59,045 bases of DNA from a virus. Taxonomy: Duplodnaviria; Caudoviricetes. The notes under the pieces are model-generated. The model did not search any database. It saw only the letters and a program-made list of their open reading frames with translations, and was not told the origin of the DNA. A program made the position numbers and the translations under genes. Position 1 is the first letter of the stretch. Each line of letters starts with the position of its first letter. The DNA lies in the IMG/VR virus record IMGVR_UViG_3300034196_000113, positions 1-59,045 of that record; one strand, given 5' to 3'. This document shows, piece by piece, positions 36,966 through 47,307 of this stretch.

Positions 36966-38023
36966 TAGGTGCGCCTGCCCCGCTGGAGCATTCCGGGACG
37001 GGTACACATGAACAGCGGGTAGGAGTACAGCTCGGCCTTGACCCACGCCGCTTGGTTGAAGTCGCCGCCCGCATCGGGATCGACCACCAGCCGGGAATAG
37101 AGATCGCGGCCGGGCTCGTTGACCGTGCCGAAGAACTCGCCGGGGCTAAAGGCCGCGAGGAAGGCGCCGACGGCACCGATGGGGACGAACTTCACGAGAT
37201 CGGTGCCGATCCCCACAGTCGAGCCGTCGTCGGTTCCGCGGAAGTTCACCCAGACCACCCCGCCGTAGGAGAACGACTCGTAGGGCTGCGCCATGGTGCG
37301 CAGTTCCGAGGCCTGCGACTGATTGAGATAGGTCGCAGTCACTTCCTTGTTGGTCGTGAGGTCGTCGAAGAAGTTGTCGCCGCAGATCCCGAGCAGATAG
37401 GTCCGCCCTTCGACCCAAGCCCCTTGCGAGGCGACCTTCGCTTGGCGGATAAGCTGGTTGATCTTCTTGCGCAGGGCCCCGGGTGCCGGGTTGGCGTTGT
37501 CCAGATCGAAGTCGATCTCGGCCGCTTGCGCAATCCCGAACTCGGTGAACCAGTTGTGAATAACCGCCCCGTCGGCATCGAGCACGATGCCCTGAATGGC
37601 CCCGAGCTTTTGCCGTTCCCAGGTCAGCTCGAAATTGCGGGCAACGCCGGTCACCCCGTCGAGGCGCCGCTTGATTTCGCTCTGCACCTGTTGCAGCTCG
37701 CTTTCGGTCCCGAACGCCCGAATCCCTTCCACTTCCGCGGCGGTAATCGTCGCGGCATCGGCCAGACGCGCCGTGTTGAAGTTCCGGATGATCCGCTTTT
37801 CGGCATTGCGGTCGCGGTTGATCGGCTCGCCGCGCTGCGACGTTTGAATCACGCTCAGGACGCCCGAGCGCTCTTCGACGGTGACGAACGGGGTACGGAC
37901 CCGGCGCACATCGAACAAGTTAAGCTGACTGATTCCGCTCGGCTGAAACTGCGTCTTTTCGACAGCCGTCGTCATTTCGATGAGTGTAAAACCCTTGTTC
38001 CTGAAAATGTCCATCATGGCCAT
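36965..38023 (-). CDS. Major capsid protein (lambda gpE family)
   Basis: MDIF...F...EMT.A; IRAFGTE; GAIQG.VLDADG; YPLFMCTRP. Confidence 0.9.
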   Translation of the reverse strand: MAMMDIFRNKGFTLIEMTTAVEKTQFQPSGISQLNLFDVRRVRTPFVTVEERSGVLSVIQTSQRGEPINRDRNAEKRIIRNFNTARLADAATITAAEVEGIRAFGTESELQQVQSEIKRRLDGVTGVARNFELTWERQKLGAIQGIVLDADGAVIHNWFTEFGIAQAAEIDFDLDNANPAPGALRKKINQLIRQAKVASQGAWVEGRTYLLGICGDNFFDDLTTNKEVTATYLNQSQASELRTMAQPYESFSYGGVVWVNFRGTDDGSTVGIGTDLVKFVPIGAVGAFLAAFSPGEFFGTVNEPGRDLYSRLVVDPDAGGDFNQAAWVKAELYSYPLFMCTRPGMLQRGRRT

Positions 38024-38054
38024 AGCGGTATACCCCGATAGCGGTTAATAACGA

Positions 38055-38426
38055 TTAAACCCCTTTGATAAGCCGGATCTTGAGCGCGGCGAGTTGTCCG
38101 ATAGCCGTTGCTTTAGCGGGATCGGCAATACCGTCGGGCCAAATGATGTCGTGGTCGTTGACATCGCACGCCCAGTTGTGGACAACGCACGGCTTATCGT
38201 CATCGGTGGCATCGACCGGATACATGAGAATGCCCGCGGCCACTTCCGCGCCGCCGGCCCCGGCGGCATCGAGTGCCGTATAGCCGCCAGCGACTTTCCC
38301 GAGCACGGTGCCGGTGTCGAGGTTATTCCCCTCCACCAGAACGGCCCCGATGGTGCGCGACTTGCCGTTGGGCAATTCGCTGACGAGGTACTCGAGGGGA
38401 TACCTGCCTTCGGTCAACGTGGTCAT
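38055..38426 (-). CDS. Head decoration protein (gpD-like)
   Basis: EYLVSE...SR...GTVLGK...G.EVAAGIL...VDAT. Confidence 0.85.
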   Translation of the reverse strand: MTTLTEGRYPLEYLVSELPNGKSRTIGAVLVEGNNLDTGTVLGKVAGGYTALDAAGAGGAEVAAGILMYPVDATDDDKPCVVHNWACDVNDHDIIWPDGIADPAKATAIGQLAALKIRLIKGV

Positions 38427-38455
38427 TGTTGCAATACCTCGGAGCGCATCGGTTG

Positions 38456-39766
38456 TTAGCGGGTTTCGCTGGGCTTGGCGAATGCAATCGCCCACCCCTG
38501 GCGAGCGGTAGCCAGTTCCTTATCCTCGTCGCCACGGTCGCTGTCCGCGCCGATATCGGGGTTGCCGATCTTGGTCATCATTTCCGCGAACTGATTGCTC
38601 GGGGCGCTTGCGGCAACCGTCGCCGGCAAGGCGGCAAGGACTTCGGCGGCGGCTTCTTGGGTCATGGCGGGAACCTTGGCCAAGGCAATGGCGTGCGGCT
38701 CGCGCCCTTTGGCTTCCTGACTGCCCAAGATGGCGAAGACGCGGGTGCGCTCGGCGGCGGCGGAATCGGCCCCGACGCTGGCGATCTTGGCGAGAATCTG
38801 GGATTCGGACGCATCCGCCGGCAGTCCCAGCGCTTCGGAAACGATGCTCATGTGGTTATCCTCGAGGAGTGGGGTGGAGGCGCCGGGCATAAAGACCCGC
38901 ACGTTCATTTGAGAGACCAGCCGTTCGATCAGCGCATCGGGGGTGTCGAGCCTATCGGCCAAACCCGCCGCGACGGCTTCTTCTCCCATAAAGCAATCGG
39001 CATCGGTGGCGACGATTGCCGCGTGTTCCTGTTTGCGGTTGACGGCGACCAGATCGACGAACATGGTATAGAGCGTGTCGATGCGGCCCTGAATACGCGC
39101 GGCCACGTCGGCGGGGATGTCCTTATACGGGGTGCCGTCGGTCTTATGCTTCCCGGCGAAGAATTCGGTAATGACAATCCCTTCTTTCTTGAGCAGGGCT
39201 TCCATCGACACATGCCGGCAGTACACGCCGATTGAACCGACCGTTGCGGTTTGGGAGACCGAAATGGTGTCGCAGGCGCTTGCCAGGGCGTAGCCGGCGG
39301 AACAGGCCGACTCCGAGACGGCGGCGTGAACCGGCTTGCGCTTGGCCGCTTGCGCGATCAGGACCGCGGTGTCGAACAACGCGCCCACCTCGCCCCCCGG
39401 GGTGTCGAAGACCGGCACGATGGCGCGCACCTGGGGATCGTCCAGGGCGGCGGCGAACATTTGGGCGATCTGCTGATAGCCGACGAGGTAGTTGCACTCG
39501 GCGTCGTAGCGCCCGCGATGCAGGAGGGGCCCGTAGACCGGGATCACGGCCACCCCCCGCTCCACCCGCAGCCCGCTTTGTTCGGCGCGCTCCTGGGCGC
39601 CCACGACGAAGGCTTCGGGGGAGATCGGCTCTTCGCGGCGCAGGGCCGCTTCGATCCCCGGCAGCATCGCCTCAAGCGCGGCCGGAAGAATTAACAAGGG
39701 GGTGTTGTAAATGCGGGCCCAGTGGCGCACGGGCGCGAACGCGGCGCGGGCGCTTTTGTAGGTCAT
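38456..39766 (-). CDS. Prohead protease S49 with C-terminal scaffold (gpC/Nu3-like)
   Basis: DTPGGEV, ACSAGYALAS, VGSIGV motifs; likely internal start MSIVSEALGL after a GAGGA RBS. Confidence 0.9.
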   Translation of the reverse strand: MTYKSARAAFAPVRHWARIYNTPLLILPAALEAMLPGIEAALRREEPISPEAFVVGAQERAEQSGLRVERGVAVIPVYGPLLHRGRYDAECNYLVGYQQIAQMFAAALDDPQVRAIVPVFDTPGGEVGALFDTAVLIAQAAKRKPVHAAVSESACSAGYALASACDTISVSQTATVGSIGVYCRHVSMEALLKKEGIVITEFFAGKHKTDGTPYKDIPADVAARIQGRIDTLYTMFVDLVAVNRKQEHAAIVATDADCFMGEEAVAAGLADRLDTPDALIERLVSQMNVRVFMPGASTPLLEDNHMSIVSEALGLPADASESQILAKIASVGADSAAAERTRVFAILGSQEAKGREPHAIALAKVPAMTQEAAAEVLAALPATVAASAPSNQFAEMMTKIGNPDIGADSDRGDEDKELATARQGWAIAFAKPSETR

Positions 39767-41406
39767 GCGGGCTTATCCTCGTTGCTGGGAGCGTCCTCGG
39801 GTGCGTCGGTATCGGCGTTTTCCGCCCCGAGATCGACGCCACCGGGCGCGGCGGCGGTTGGCGTGTAGAGTTGAACCCCGATGTCCGCCGCGTAGGTCTC
39901 GATAATCTTTTGCTGGTCGAGCACTTCCATCCAATCGGTGCCCTGTTCTTGGCACTCGATAGCGAGGTTGGAGATTCCGGATTCCATGCGCTTCTGCGCG
40001 CCGATGGCTTCTTTGGCCGGATCGACCCAGCCGCGCCCGGACATGGTCCAACGGCGCACGGTCGACCAGGCATAGCGGTTGTCGTAGAAGCCGGGGCACG
40101 CCACCGCACCCGCATTGACGGCTTCTTCCAGCCACAATCCGTAGATCGCGTTTAGCCAGTTCTCTTCGAGCCAACTGCGCCGCGACATGAAATAGCGCCA
40201 CCCTTCCAGGAGCGCCGCGCGTGCGCTCGAATAATTGGTCTTGGTGAAGTCCTTGCTCAGCAACTCGTAGGGCATGTTCAGTCCCGCGGCAATGTTGCGC
40301 AGGACCGATTCCATGAATTCAGAGAAGGCGTTGTTCGGCCGGGACGGGGTGAACCCGACGAACTTCGCGCCCAGGGGGAGCGCGAGCGTTGCGCCGGGTT
40401 TGAGGGTTGTGCTGCGCCTGGAATCGGCGACCGATTTCGCCCAGAGGTCTTGCGGGGTCATGCCGCTGCCGCCCTGGGCCTTGAACAATCCGGCGGACGC
40501 CTCGGCGTCCAGGGCGGATTCCAGTACCCCGGCGACCAACGAATTGGCGATGACCGCTTGCAGCTCCACGCGCGGGTAATGGGTGGCCATGCGGAACTCG
40601 CGCATGACGGCCGCAACGAGGGGCTTGCCGACCGACTGCCCCGGCCGGTCCTTGTCGTAGAGGTGGATCACCCGCTGCCGGCCCCACGGGTAGAATGCGG
40701 GCACGCGCCGGTACTGGAACTGGTCGCCGAAACTCGGCGGGCCGGATTGGAAGCGTTCGTCGCCCGGGTGCGACTTGCGGATCCAGAAGTGAGTCGTGGC
40801 CCCGTCCCGGTCGATCTCTTTGCCGCCGCGGATATTGGTGCGCCCGGTCCAGAACTCGGGCGTTTGCAGTCGATGCGATTCGATGACTTGCAGGCGGGTA
40901 TTCCACCGGCACCCGGGGCGCGGGCGCCAGATGGGAATGGCCAGCGCCGACCCGGTCAGGAACCAACTCCCGAGTGCCTGGATCGTCAGGCCCCGCAGGT
41001 TCAAGTCGCGCGCCGCGTCAATCTCGCTCGGGGTATGCGCCCAACTCTCGAATTCCGCGCGCGTAATGCGCGACCAGTCTTCGGCCTGATCGTTGGTGAG
41101 CCCAAGAAGTTGCGCGACCGGGGACGGATTGAGGCGAAGCTGGTGCCCGACGATGCAGTCTTTGAGGGTCTGGTTCGCGCCGGCCACATAGCCGTTGTTG
41201 CGCTCCAGGTCGACGTTGCGGTCGCGGATCAGCGGCAGTTCGTCAAGCAACACCGCATCGGCCGAGCCCGAAGACGGTTGCCAGCCGGCCATGGCCGGGT
41301 CTTCGTAGCTCGCCGCCGCATGGTTGGCGTCGGCCCGCGCCGGCACCCACGCGCCCGTGTCGGCCTCGGGGCGCAACCGCGGCTTGGGATAGAGGTCCAG
41401 AGGCAC
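39763..41406 (-). CDS. Portal protein, lambda family
   Basis: DLERNNG, NYSSARAALLE, GWVDPAKE. Confidence 0.93.
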   Translation of the reverse strand: MPLDLYPKPRLRPEADTGAWVPARADANHAAASYEDPAMAGWQPSSGSADAVLLDELPLIRDRNVDLERNNGYVAGANQTLKDCIVGHQLRLNPSPVAQLLGLTNDQAEDWSRITRAEFESWAHTPSEIDAARDLNLRGLTIQALGSWFLTGSALAIPIWRPRPGCRWNTRLQVIESHRLQTPEFWTGRTNIRGGKEIDRDGATTHFWIRKSHPGDERFQSGPPSFGDQFQYRRVPAFYPWGRQRVIHLYDKDRPGQSVGKPLVAAVMREFRMATHYPRVELQAVIANSLVAGVLESALDAEASAGLFKAQGGSGMTPQDLWAKSVADSRRSTTLKPGATLALPLGAKFVGFTPSRPNNAFSEFMESVLRNIAAGLNMPYELLSKDFTKTNYSSARAALLEGWRYFMSRRSWLEENWLNAIYGLWLEEAVNAGAVACPGFYDNRYAWSTVRRWTMSGRGWVDPAKEAIGAQKRMESGISNLAIECQEQGTDWMEVLDQQKIIETYAADIGVQLYTPTAAAPGGVDLGAENADTDAPEDAPSNEDKPA

Positions 41407-41408
41407 GC

Positions 41409-41675
41409 TCAGAACCCCAGCCCGTTGTAGAGCGCGCCGCCGACCGGCTTGACCAGCCCGAGCTGGGCGTCGATGGCCGCTTGGAGCCGGGCGATATAGG
41501 CGTCGAGATCGCCGAGCTGGCTATATTGGTAGGTGCGGACCTGGCCCGCATTCGCGATGTGGAAGGGTTTGCGGGAGGTCGCTATCGAATGGCGCGCGGT
41601 GAGGGCTTCCAGCAACCACAGTTGCAGCATTTCGATTGAAAGCGAACGCAGGGCGGAGACATCGTCGGTTTGCAT
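41409..41675 (-). CDS. gpW-like head completion protein
   Basis: 88 aa directly before the portal gene; Y....L.DL.AYIARL. Confidence 0.7.
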   Translation of the reverse strand: MQTDDVSALRSLSIEMLQLWLLEALTARHSIATSRKPFHIANAGQVRTYQYSQLGDLDAYIARLQAAIDAQLGLVKPVGGALYNGLGF

Positions 41676-41711
41676 AGTGCCGACAAAGCTATGTGCCCCA
41701 GCGTGCGCAAT

Positions 41712-42083
41712 CTACGCAGAATTCTGCCGGGCCCGGTTAGCGATGTCGGAAATGACCTGGCTGAACGTGCGCCGCTTGATGCCATAGCGCCGGCAAATAC
41801 CGTCGCGGATATCGGCCATCGAGCGGGGGTGACCGGATTTCGCGTTGTGGGCCAACTCGGCATTCCAGTCGGCCCAGATGCGCGCGTTGCGCTTGGCGAG
41901 GTCGACGCTATGCACATAGATCGTGCGGGTGCCGAAGTGCTCGCGGATTGCCGCCTCCAAGTCTTCGGCGAGCGCTTCCGCCCGCTCGGGCTCGACCTGG
42001 CAGGCGAGCAGCATCGCGCGCGTCTGCGAGGCGACGAACTCAAGGAGCGTCGTCGTCGCGAGGTCTCGGCGTTGCGTGGTCAT
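41712..42083 (-). CDS. Mor/C-family transcription activator
   Basis: HFG.R.IYV...RNARIW.DWN...ICRRYGIKRRT..QVI. Confidence 0.7.
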   Translation of the reverse strand: MTTQRRDLATTTLLEFVASQTRAMLLACQVEPERAEALAEDLEAAIREHFGTRTIYVHSVDLAKRNARIWADWNAELAHNAKSGHPRSMADIRDGICRRYGIKRRTFSQVISDIANRARQNSA

Positions 42084-42417
42084 TGTCGGCCTGGGGCCGC
42101 AGGTTTGCATTCGTCGTTCCTGCCTTGGTGCGCGCCTCGTAGCCCATCGTCCAGGCCGCGATCAGCGTCTTGCGTTGGTCGTCCGGGACCATCGCCCAGT
42201 AATCCTTGCCAAAGGCATTGCAAAGCGCCTCTTGAGCGACGCTGTCGATGCCGTCGTAGACGATGGTATGGAGCATTTCGGTGGCCTCGGTCAGCGAGTC
42301 GGCAAGCCCTTCGACTTTCAGCGCAACCTTTTGCATGGCCGCGCAGATCGACCGCACCGAGCCGGCAATCTCTTCGTAGCTTTGGGCTTCCAATTCTTTT
42401 TCGGAAAGAGTAACCAT
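42040..42417 (-). CDS. Hypothetical protein
   Basis: 125-aa ATG ORF in the operon. Confidence 0.55.
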   Translation of the reverse strand: MVTLSEKELEAQSYEEIAGSVRSICAAMQKVALKVEGLADSLTEATEMLHTIVYDGIDSVAQEALCNAFGKDYWAMVPDDQRKTLIAAWTMGYEARTKAGTTNANLRPQADNDHATPRPRDDDAP

Positions 42418-42423
42418 CGCGCG

Positions 42424-42657
42424 CTACTCCGAGTCTTCGTCGTCGCGTTCGGTGTAATCGACATTCCCGCACCATTCGAGGCCAAGCGCTTTGGCAACCG
42501 TCTGCGCGGTTTTCTTGGCCATGGTCTCTCCGACCATAAAGGGCCCGCCGTAGTATGCCTTGGATGTTGGGTTGAGTTGGCGCATCCCGCACCCTGGCAC
42601 GGCATTATCTGTAATGAGCGATCCGCACTTTCCGTACCATGCTTTAATCGGCGACAT
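42424..42657 (-). CDS. Hypothetical protein
   Basis: Start MSPIKAWY; YYGG.FMVGET motif. Confidence 0.55.
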   Translation of the reverse strand: MSPIKAWYGKCGSLITDNAVPGCGMRQLNPTSKAYYGGPFMVGETMAKKTAQTVAKALGLEWCGNVDYTERDDEDSE

Positions 42658-42677
42658 CGGTTTCGGTCTCCTGTGTA

Positions 42678-44723
42678 TCAGCCTTGCAGCCACGGGTCGG
42701 ACGGTTGCCACGACGCCACATACGCGGGGCGTTCGGTCGGTTCTTGTCCGACGGGCGCCGGGCGGGTCTTGAGAATCTGGATCTGATTGGCGGCGAACCA
42801 CGCAGATCCCTCGCAGTCGAGAAAGTGATTGGCGCGATGCTTCTTCCACGTCGGCACGCCGCGCGCGTCGATCAGCCGGCTTTCCGAAGCGATCTGCTTG
42901 CAGTATTCGTCGTCGATATCCGCCGGCAGGTGCCAGACCATTTCTTTGCGCGCCGAGTGCTTAATGCGGGAGTGGACCCAGCTCTTCAAAACGTCGGTAT
43001 TCAGATGCCAGAGTTTAAGCCCGTAGCGCTTGATTTTCCCGCGCGTGTCAACCTCGGGGCGCGCGGCTTTCCACCAGCTATCCATCGTGTCCCGGCCCTT
43101 GGTCGGGATGCAGGTATCGTTGGCCGCGCAGAATTCGTAGACGCGTTGTTCGCGGTAGCCGGAGTCGATGGCGACCAGGGACACCCGCAGCCCGCCGAAC
43201 ACGCCATCCACAACCCGGGCCTTGAACTGCGTCCAGATATCCTCTTGGTCGGTGTCGCCGTAGAGCACGCCGCGTTGGACTAGGAAACTCTCGAAATTCG
43301 GGTCGTCGCTCGGCACCCAGCCGCGCACCACATACTGGATTTCCGCTTCGTTGAGGTCGGTGCCGACGGTCAACGTGGTCACCGGCTCGGGCACTTCGCC
43401 CAGGCGGTACGTGGACCGCTGCGCCAGGCTCAACACTTCCGTCCAGGGAGGGGTTTCCCCGCGCGCGAGGAAGCATTCCCCGAAGAGCGTGTTGTAAACG
43501 CCCTGGAGCCGCTGGGGCAACTCGCTCTTGAGCGCCAGGACCAGCTTGGACGCCATGCGTCCCCAGGTGTTGCGTGCGCTGAACGAGCACAGTCCGGAGA
43601 CCCAGAAGCTCGCGTTGGTAGCGCCGCGGGGCAGGACGCAATCCCCCCACGGCACGCGCACCGGCACCGATTGAGCCCCGCCCTCTTCGTGCAGGAGGAA
43701 CCCGGGCCCCTCGGGTCCGTCGTCGGCCACGCACCCCCAGTCCTTTTGGTAGTCGGCCGGCTTCTGCCCGGGGGCGACCATGCAGCCGCGGGCGTTCATC
43801 CATGAGCGGGATTTGTCGCGGATCTCCGACCCGCAGTTGGGGCAGACGATGTGCCCCTGCTCAAGCGCCTGCTCGGGCGTAACATCCTCGAGCGGGCGCA
43901 GGAGTTTGGATCGTGGAATGAAGTAGACCGAACACTCGGGGCAGGGCCAGGACCATTCGTGGCGCGTGCATTCCTGCCAATAGCGCCAGATGGCGGATAC
44001 CACGTCGTCCGAGCGGGCCCAGTGCTCCAGGCCGGTCACCGGATGCCGCTCCGCTTCTACCGACCCGTGGGTGGGCGTGCTGGTGCCTCCGACCACGCCT
44101 TCCGGGAAGCTCGCGGTGATGGCTTGGGCCATATCGACGACGGTCCCCTCCCCTGCCGTGGGCCGCTCGGCTTCGATACCGTCTATTTCGTCGATCATTA
44201 CCACGCCGGCCGCATCGGCTTTGAGCCCCGTATCCGAGCCGGCCCAAGTGAAGCGTAATGAAACCGAATTGACGATCTTGACGTGTTTCTTACACTTCTG
44301 GCCCCGCAGCGTTTTACTCCAGAGCGAAGCGGTAGACTCCAGCATGAATTGGACTTTCGGCTCGATCACATCGTCCACGTTATCGCGGGTGGGGCCGATG
44401 TAGAGGATCGGAGTCGGGTCGTCGTCGAGGCGTTGCCCGGCGACGTTGAAGATAACCCCGTTGGTCTTGGCCATTTGGCGGGCCATGACGAAGAAGATTT
44501 CCCGCAGTTGCCAGACCATGAACGCGCGGGCAATGGGGATCACATAGGGCGTGCGCGAGGTCCGCATCCTGCCCTTTTCCGCCGATCCGGCCGGGAGCCG
44601 CCGATTGGTATCAGCCCACTGGTCAGGCGTCCTGTTGGGCGGCGGGGCGATGATCTTCGCCGCTTGGACCGCGTAGTTCCTCTGCGAGCTGGGTAATCTC
44701 GGCGGCGAGCTGTTCTCGAACAT
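42678..44723 (-). CDS. Terminase large subunit (GpA family)
   Basis: RTPY, ARQMAKT Walker A, DEID Walker B, STPT, PCPEC, IDSG, NHFLDCE. Confidence 0.93.
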   Translation of the reverse strand: MFENSSPPRLPSSQRNYAVQAAKIIAPPPNRTPDQWADTNRRLPAGSAEKGRMRTSRTPYVIPIARAFMVWQLREIFFVMARQMAKTNGVIFNVAGQRLDDDPTPILYIGPTRDNVDDVIEPKVQFMLESTASLWSKTLRGQKCKKHVKIVNSVSLRFTWAGSDTGLKADAAGVVMIDEIDGIEAERPTAGEGTVVDMAQAITASFPEGVVGGTSTPTHGSVEAERHPVTGLEHWARSDDVVSAIWRYWQECTRHEWSWPCPECSVYFIPRSKLLRPLEDVTPEQALEQGHIVCPNCGSEIRDKSRSWMNARGCMVAPGQKPADYQKDWGCVADDGPEGPGFLLHEEGGAQSVPVRVPWGDCVLPRGATNASFWVSGLCSFSARNTWGRMASKLVLALKSELPQRLQGVYNTLFGECFLARGETPPWTEVLSLAQRSTYRLGEVPEPVTTLTVGTDLNEAEIQYVVRGWVPSDDPNFESFLVQRGVLYGDTDQEDIWTQFKARVVDGVFGGLRVSLVAIDSGYREQRVYEFCAANDTCIPTKGRDTMDSWWKAARPEVDTRGKIKRYGLKLWHLNTDVLKSWVHSRIKHSARKEMVWHLPADIDDEYCKQIASESRLIDARGVPTWKKHRANHFLDCEGSAWFAANQIQILKTRPAPVGQEPTERPAYVASWQPSDPWLQG

Positions 44724-45306
44724 TAAACTCTTCGCGTTTGAGGATGGCCCGCGCTTCGGCGGGGGTCTCCAGGTTGCACATGGTGGGTGCCAGGCGCGCG
44801 ACCATCGACCCGAAGGCGGCGACCACCAGGCCCGCCAGGGTCACCCAGCCGGCCTCGCAGTCCTCGCGCGGCACCAGATTGCGCTCGACGGCCTGCCGCT
44901 CCAGTTGGGCGCGGATGCGTTGCTCGCGAATCAGCATGAGTTTTTCGTCGGCCATGCGCCCGGCATCGTCGTGACCCTCGGCCTTGCGCTTCCACTTCTC
45001 CATGTACCACGGCACCGATTGGCGGAAGTCGAATACGCCGCGGGATTCCCGGGGCATGTTCTCTTCGCGCACCAACCGCTGGACCCCGGTACGCCCGATG
45101 CCCATCACGGCACCGAGATCGTCCGCCGAGCCGTGAAAGCGATTCTCCCGCAAGTGCAGGATGTAGGCCTGAGTACACTTGAAGATATCGAATTTGCCGT
45201 CCAACGGCGGGGGAATAACCTTCTCGACTTGAAGAGCCTGTACTTCCGGCTCCGACAGATTGAAGAGGGCGGCGACTGCGGCTAAGTTCTCTGCTCGCAA
45301 GGACAT
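44623..45306 (-). CDS. Terminase small subunit (Nu1-like, two wHTH units)
   Basis: Two HTH-like repeats plus a coiled coil, upstream of terL. Confidence 0.8.
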   Translation of the reverse strand: MSLRAENLAAVAALFNLSEPEVQALQVEKVIPPPLDGKFDIFKCTQAYILHLRENRFHGSADDLGAVMGIGRTGVQRLVREENMPRESRGVFDFRQSVPWYMEKWKRKAEGHDDAGRMADEKLMLIREQRIRAQLERQAVERNLVPREDCEAGWVTLAGLVVAAFGSMVARLAPTMCNLETPAEARAILKREEFNVREQLAAEITQLAEELRGPSGEDHRPAAQQDA

Positions 45307-45430
45307 AGTTCGTTTCCCAAACTCGATTTTCTACATTGTTGTTTTTCTTGATTTTTTCGACTAAACCGGATCTAATATCCTCGCATGTAATTTTTTCCCC
45401 AAAACAGGCTCGAAAAACGGTGAGTTCGCT

Positions 45431-45589
45431 ATGTTCGACCCGGAAACAATGAAGCCCATCTTTCTCTTCCTCGGCTTGATGTCGACCAGTCTATGCCTCG
45501 GCTACTGGATCACCGAAGATGCCGTGCGACCCAGATTGGCGTTCGGCGCCGCCGGCATTACGTCGTTTCTCATTTATAGCGTGCTTTGA
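45431..45589 (+). CDS. Small two-TM membrane protein (52 aa, below the ORF track cutoff)
   Basis: MFDPETMKPIFLFLGLMSTSLCLGYWITEDAVRPRLAFGAAGITSFLIYSVL*; stop overlaps the start region of the next ORF. Confidence 0.55.
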   Translation: MFDPETMKPIFLFLGLMSTSLCLGYWITEDAVRPRLAFGAAGITSFLIYSVL

Positions 45590-45609
45590 CACGCGAGAGC
45601 ACAAAAAGT

Positions 45610-46479
45610 ATGACCGCTGCAAGCAAGCGTACCACCGGCATCGAGTGGACAACCCATACCTGGAACCCGTTTGTGGGCTGTAACGTCCACAGTGCGGGAT
45701 GCTCCCACTGCTATGCCATGCGCCAGGCTTGGCGCTTGGAACATGCCTTCAAAATGCCCCAATACCTGGGGACCACCACCAAAGTCAACGGCAATCCCGT
45801 GTGGACCGGAGTCGTCAACCGGGCGGCAACCACCATGAAGTTGCCCTACAAGCTCGCACCGGGATTGATCTTCGTCAACAGTATGTCCGACTTCTTCCAC
45901 CCCAATGCGGAAGACGCATGGCGCCTGGAAGCGCTGGGAGTGATGCAGGACTGCCCCCAGCACCAATTCCAGATTCTCACCAAGCGGCCCGAGTTAATCG
46001 CCCCGTTTGCGCAACGGTGTGCCCTGGATCGAGGGCCGGGGAACTGGTTTCCCGATAACGTCTGGATCGGGGCCACCGTCGAAGACGCGCGGGTCACGCA
46101 CCGCATCGACACGCTTCGGGGGGTGCGCGCGGCCGTGCGCTTCCTCTCCTGCGAGCCCCTAATCGGCTCGCTCGATTTCCCGGATCTGACGGGGATCGAC
46201 TGGGTCATTTCCGGGGGCGAATCGGGACCGGGCGCCCGGCCGATGAACCCCGATTGGATTCGCGAACTGCGCGACCAGTGCAACGTCGAAGACATCCCCT
46301 ACTTCTTCAAGCAGTTCGGGACCATCGGCAACAACCCGCTCTTCCGCTCCCCGCCGCCCGGGGTATCCGGCACAAAGTGGGTGGAAATGAACGATCCCGT
46401 CGGTAAGGGAGGATCGCGGATCGACGGGGTCGAATGGAAGCAATGGCCATCCGCCTACGTTCCCCCCGATCTGTTATAG
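45610..46479 (+). CDS. Gp37Gp68/DUF5131 family radical-SAM-like protein
   Basis: IEWT..TWNP..GC...SAGC.HCYA, FVNSMSD.FH, QILTKRP, FLSCEPL, WVISGGESG. Confidence 0.92.
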   Translation: MTAASKRTTGIEWTTHTWNPFVGCNVHSAGCSHCYAMRQAWRLEHAFKMPQYLGTTTKVNGNPVWTGVVNRAATTMKLPYKLAPGLIFVNSMSDFFHPNAEDAWRLEALGVMQDCPQHQFQILTKRPELIAPFAQRCALDRGPGNWFPDNVWIGATVEDARVTHRIDTLRGVRAAVRFLSCEPLIGSLDFPDLTGIDWVISGGESGPGARPMNPDWIRELRDQCNVEDIPYFFKQFGTIGNNPLFRSPPPGVSGTKWVEMNDPVGKGGSRIDGVEWKQWPSAYVPPDLL

Positions 46480-46489
46480 GACATCGCCT

Positions 46490-46696
46490 ATGAGCTGGAG
46501 CCGTCCGACCGTCACCCCCGACCCGGACGGCATCCATGCTGTCTTGGACTTCGGCTCCCAGCGCATCACGGTCTGTCACGATGCCGTCGGTCACTGGGTC
46601 CACGTCGACACTTGGCGCGTCTACTCTGTCGATGGCATCCTGTTGTGGGCCCCGCCTTCGGTACGGGCCCTGCCCGAATACATGCGCCGCCGATAA
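46490..46696 (+). CDS. Hypothetical protein
   Basis: 68-aa ATG ORF with AGGA upstream. Confidence 0.5.
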   Translation: MSWSRPTVTPDPDGIHAVLDFGSQRITVCHDAVGHWVHVDTWRVYSVDGILLWAPPSVRALPEYMRRR

Positions 46697-46734
46697 GTCG
46701 ATCCTTCCCCCAACAAATCGAGTACACCCCTTCT

Positions 46735-47307
46735 ATGGACCAGAAAGTTCACCCCGGAAGCGCCCACGTCTGGTTGAAAAAAACCGTCAAGGCGTTTCTC
46801 GACTACCGCTACGATCGGCCGGCTGCAATCGATGTCCCCTGCGGGAGTTGCCACGCCTGCTGCTACGGCTACGAAACGGAGGTCCGCGACAGCGACGACC
46901 CCAGCCTTGAACGCGTCCCGGGCGTGAAGTACGCCTACAGCCTTCCCCAGGAAGCGGACGGACGGTGTAAATACTTCATGGATGAGCAGTGCCAGGTCTA
47001 CGACAAGCGCCCGGCCTGCTGCCGGATCTACGATTGCCGCCAAATGTTCTTCGCGCGCACCCGGGGCAAGCGCACCGACATCAACGCGGCAATCGAACGC
47101 TGGAGCGATACGCAGGTCGTCAAGACGCTCGAGGACAAGGCCGCGCTCCTGCTATTCAGGGTGGTGCGCGAAGACGCGGTACGAATGGCGAACGGGTTGC
47201 GGGAAGGCGAGGACGGCACGAACTGCGAGGATATCGCGATGATGACGGTGATCCTCGCCGGGATGAAGCTCGGCATGATCTCGGAATCCGACAGGCCCCA
47301 AGCATGA
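46735..47307 (+). CDS. YkgJ family Cys-cluster (Zn/Fe-S) protein
   Basis: CGSCHACC...C.Y....C.VY..RP.CCR.YDC. Confidence 0.8.
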   Translation: MDQKVHPGSAHVWLKKTVKAFLDYRYDRPAAIDVPCGSCHACCYGYETEVRDSDDPSLERVPGVKYAYSLPQEADGRCKYFMDEQCQVYDKRPACCRIYDCRQMFFARTRGKRTDINAAIERWSDTQVVKTLEDKAALLLFRVVREDAVRMANGLREGEDGTNCEDIAMMTVILAGMKLGMISESDRPQA

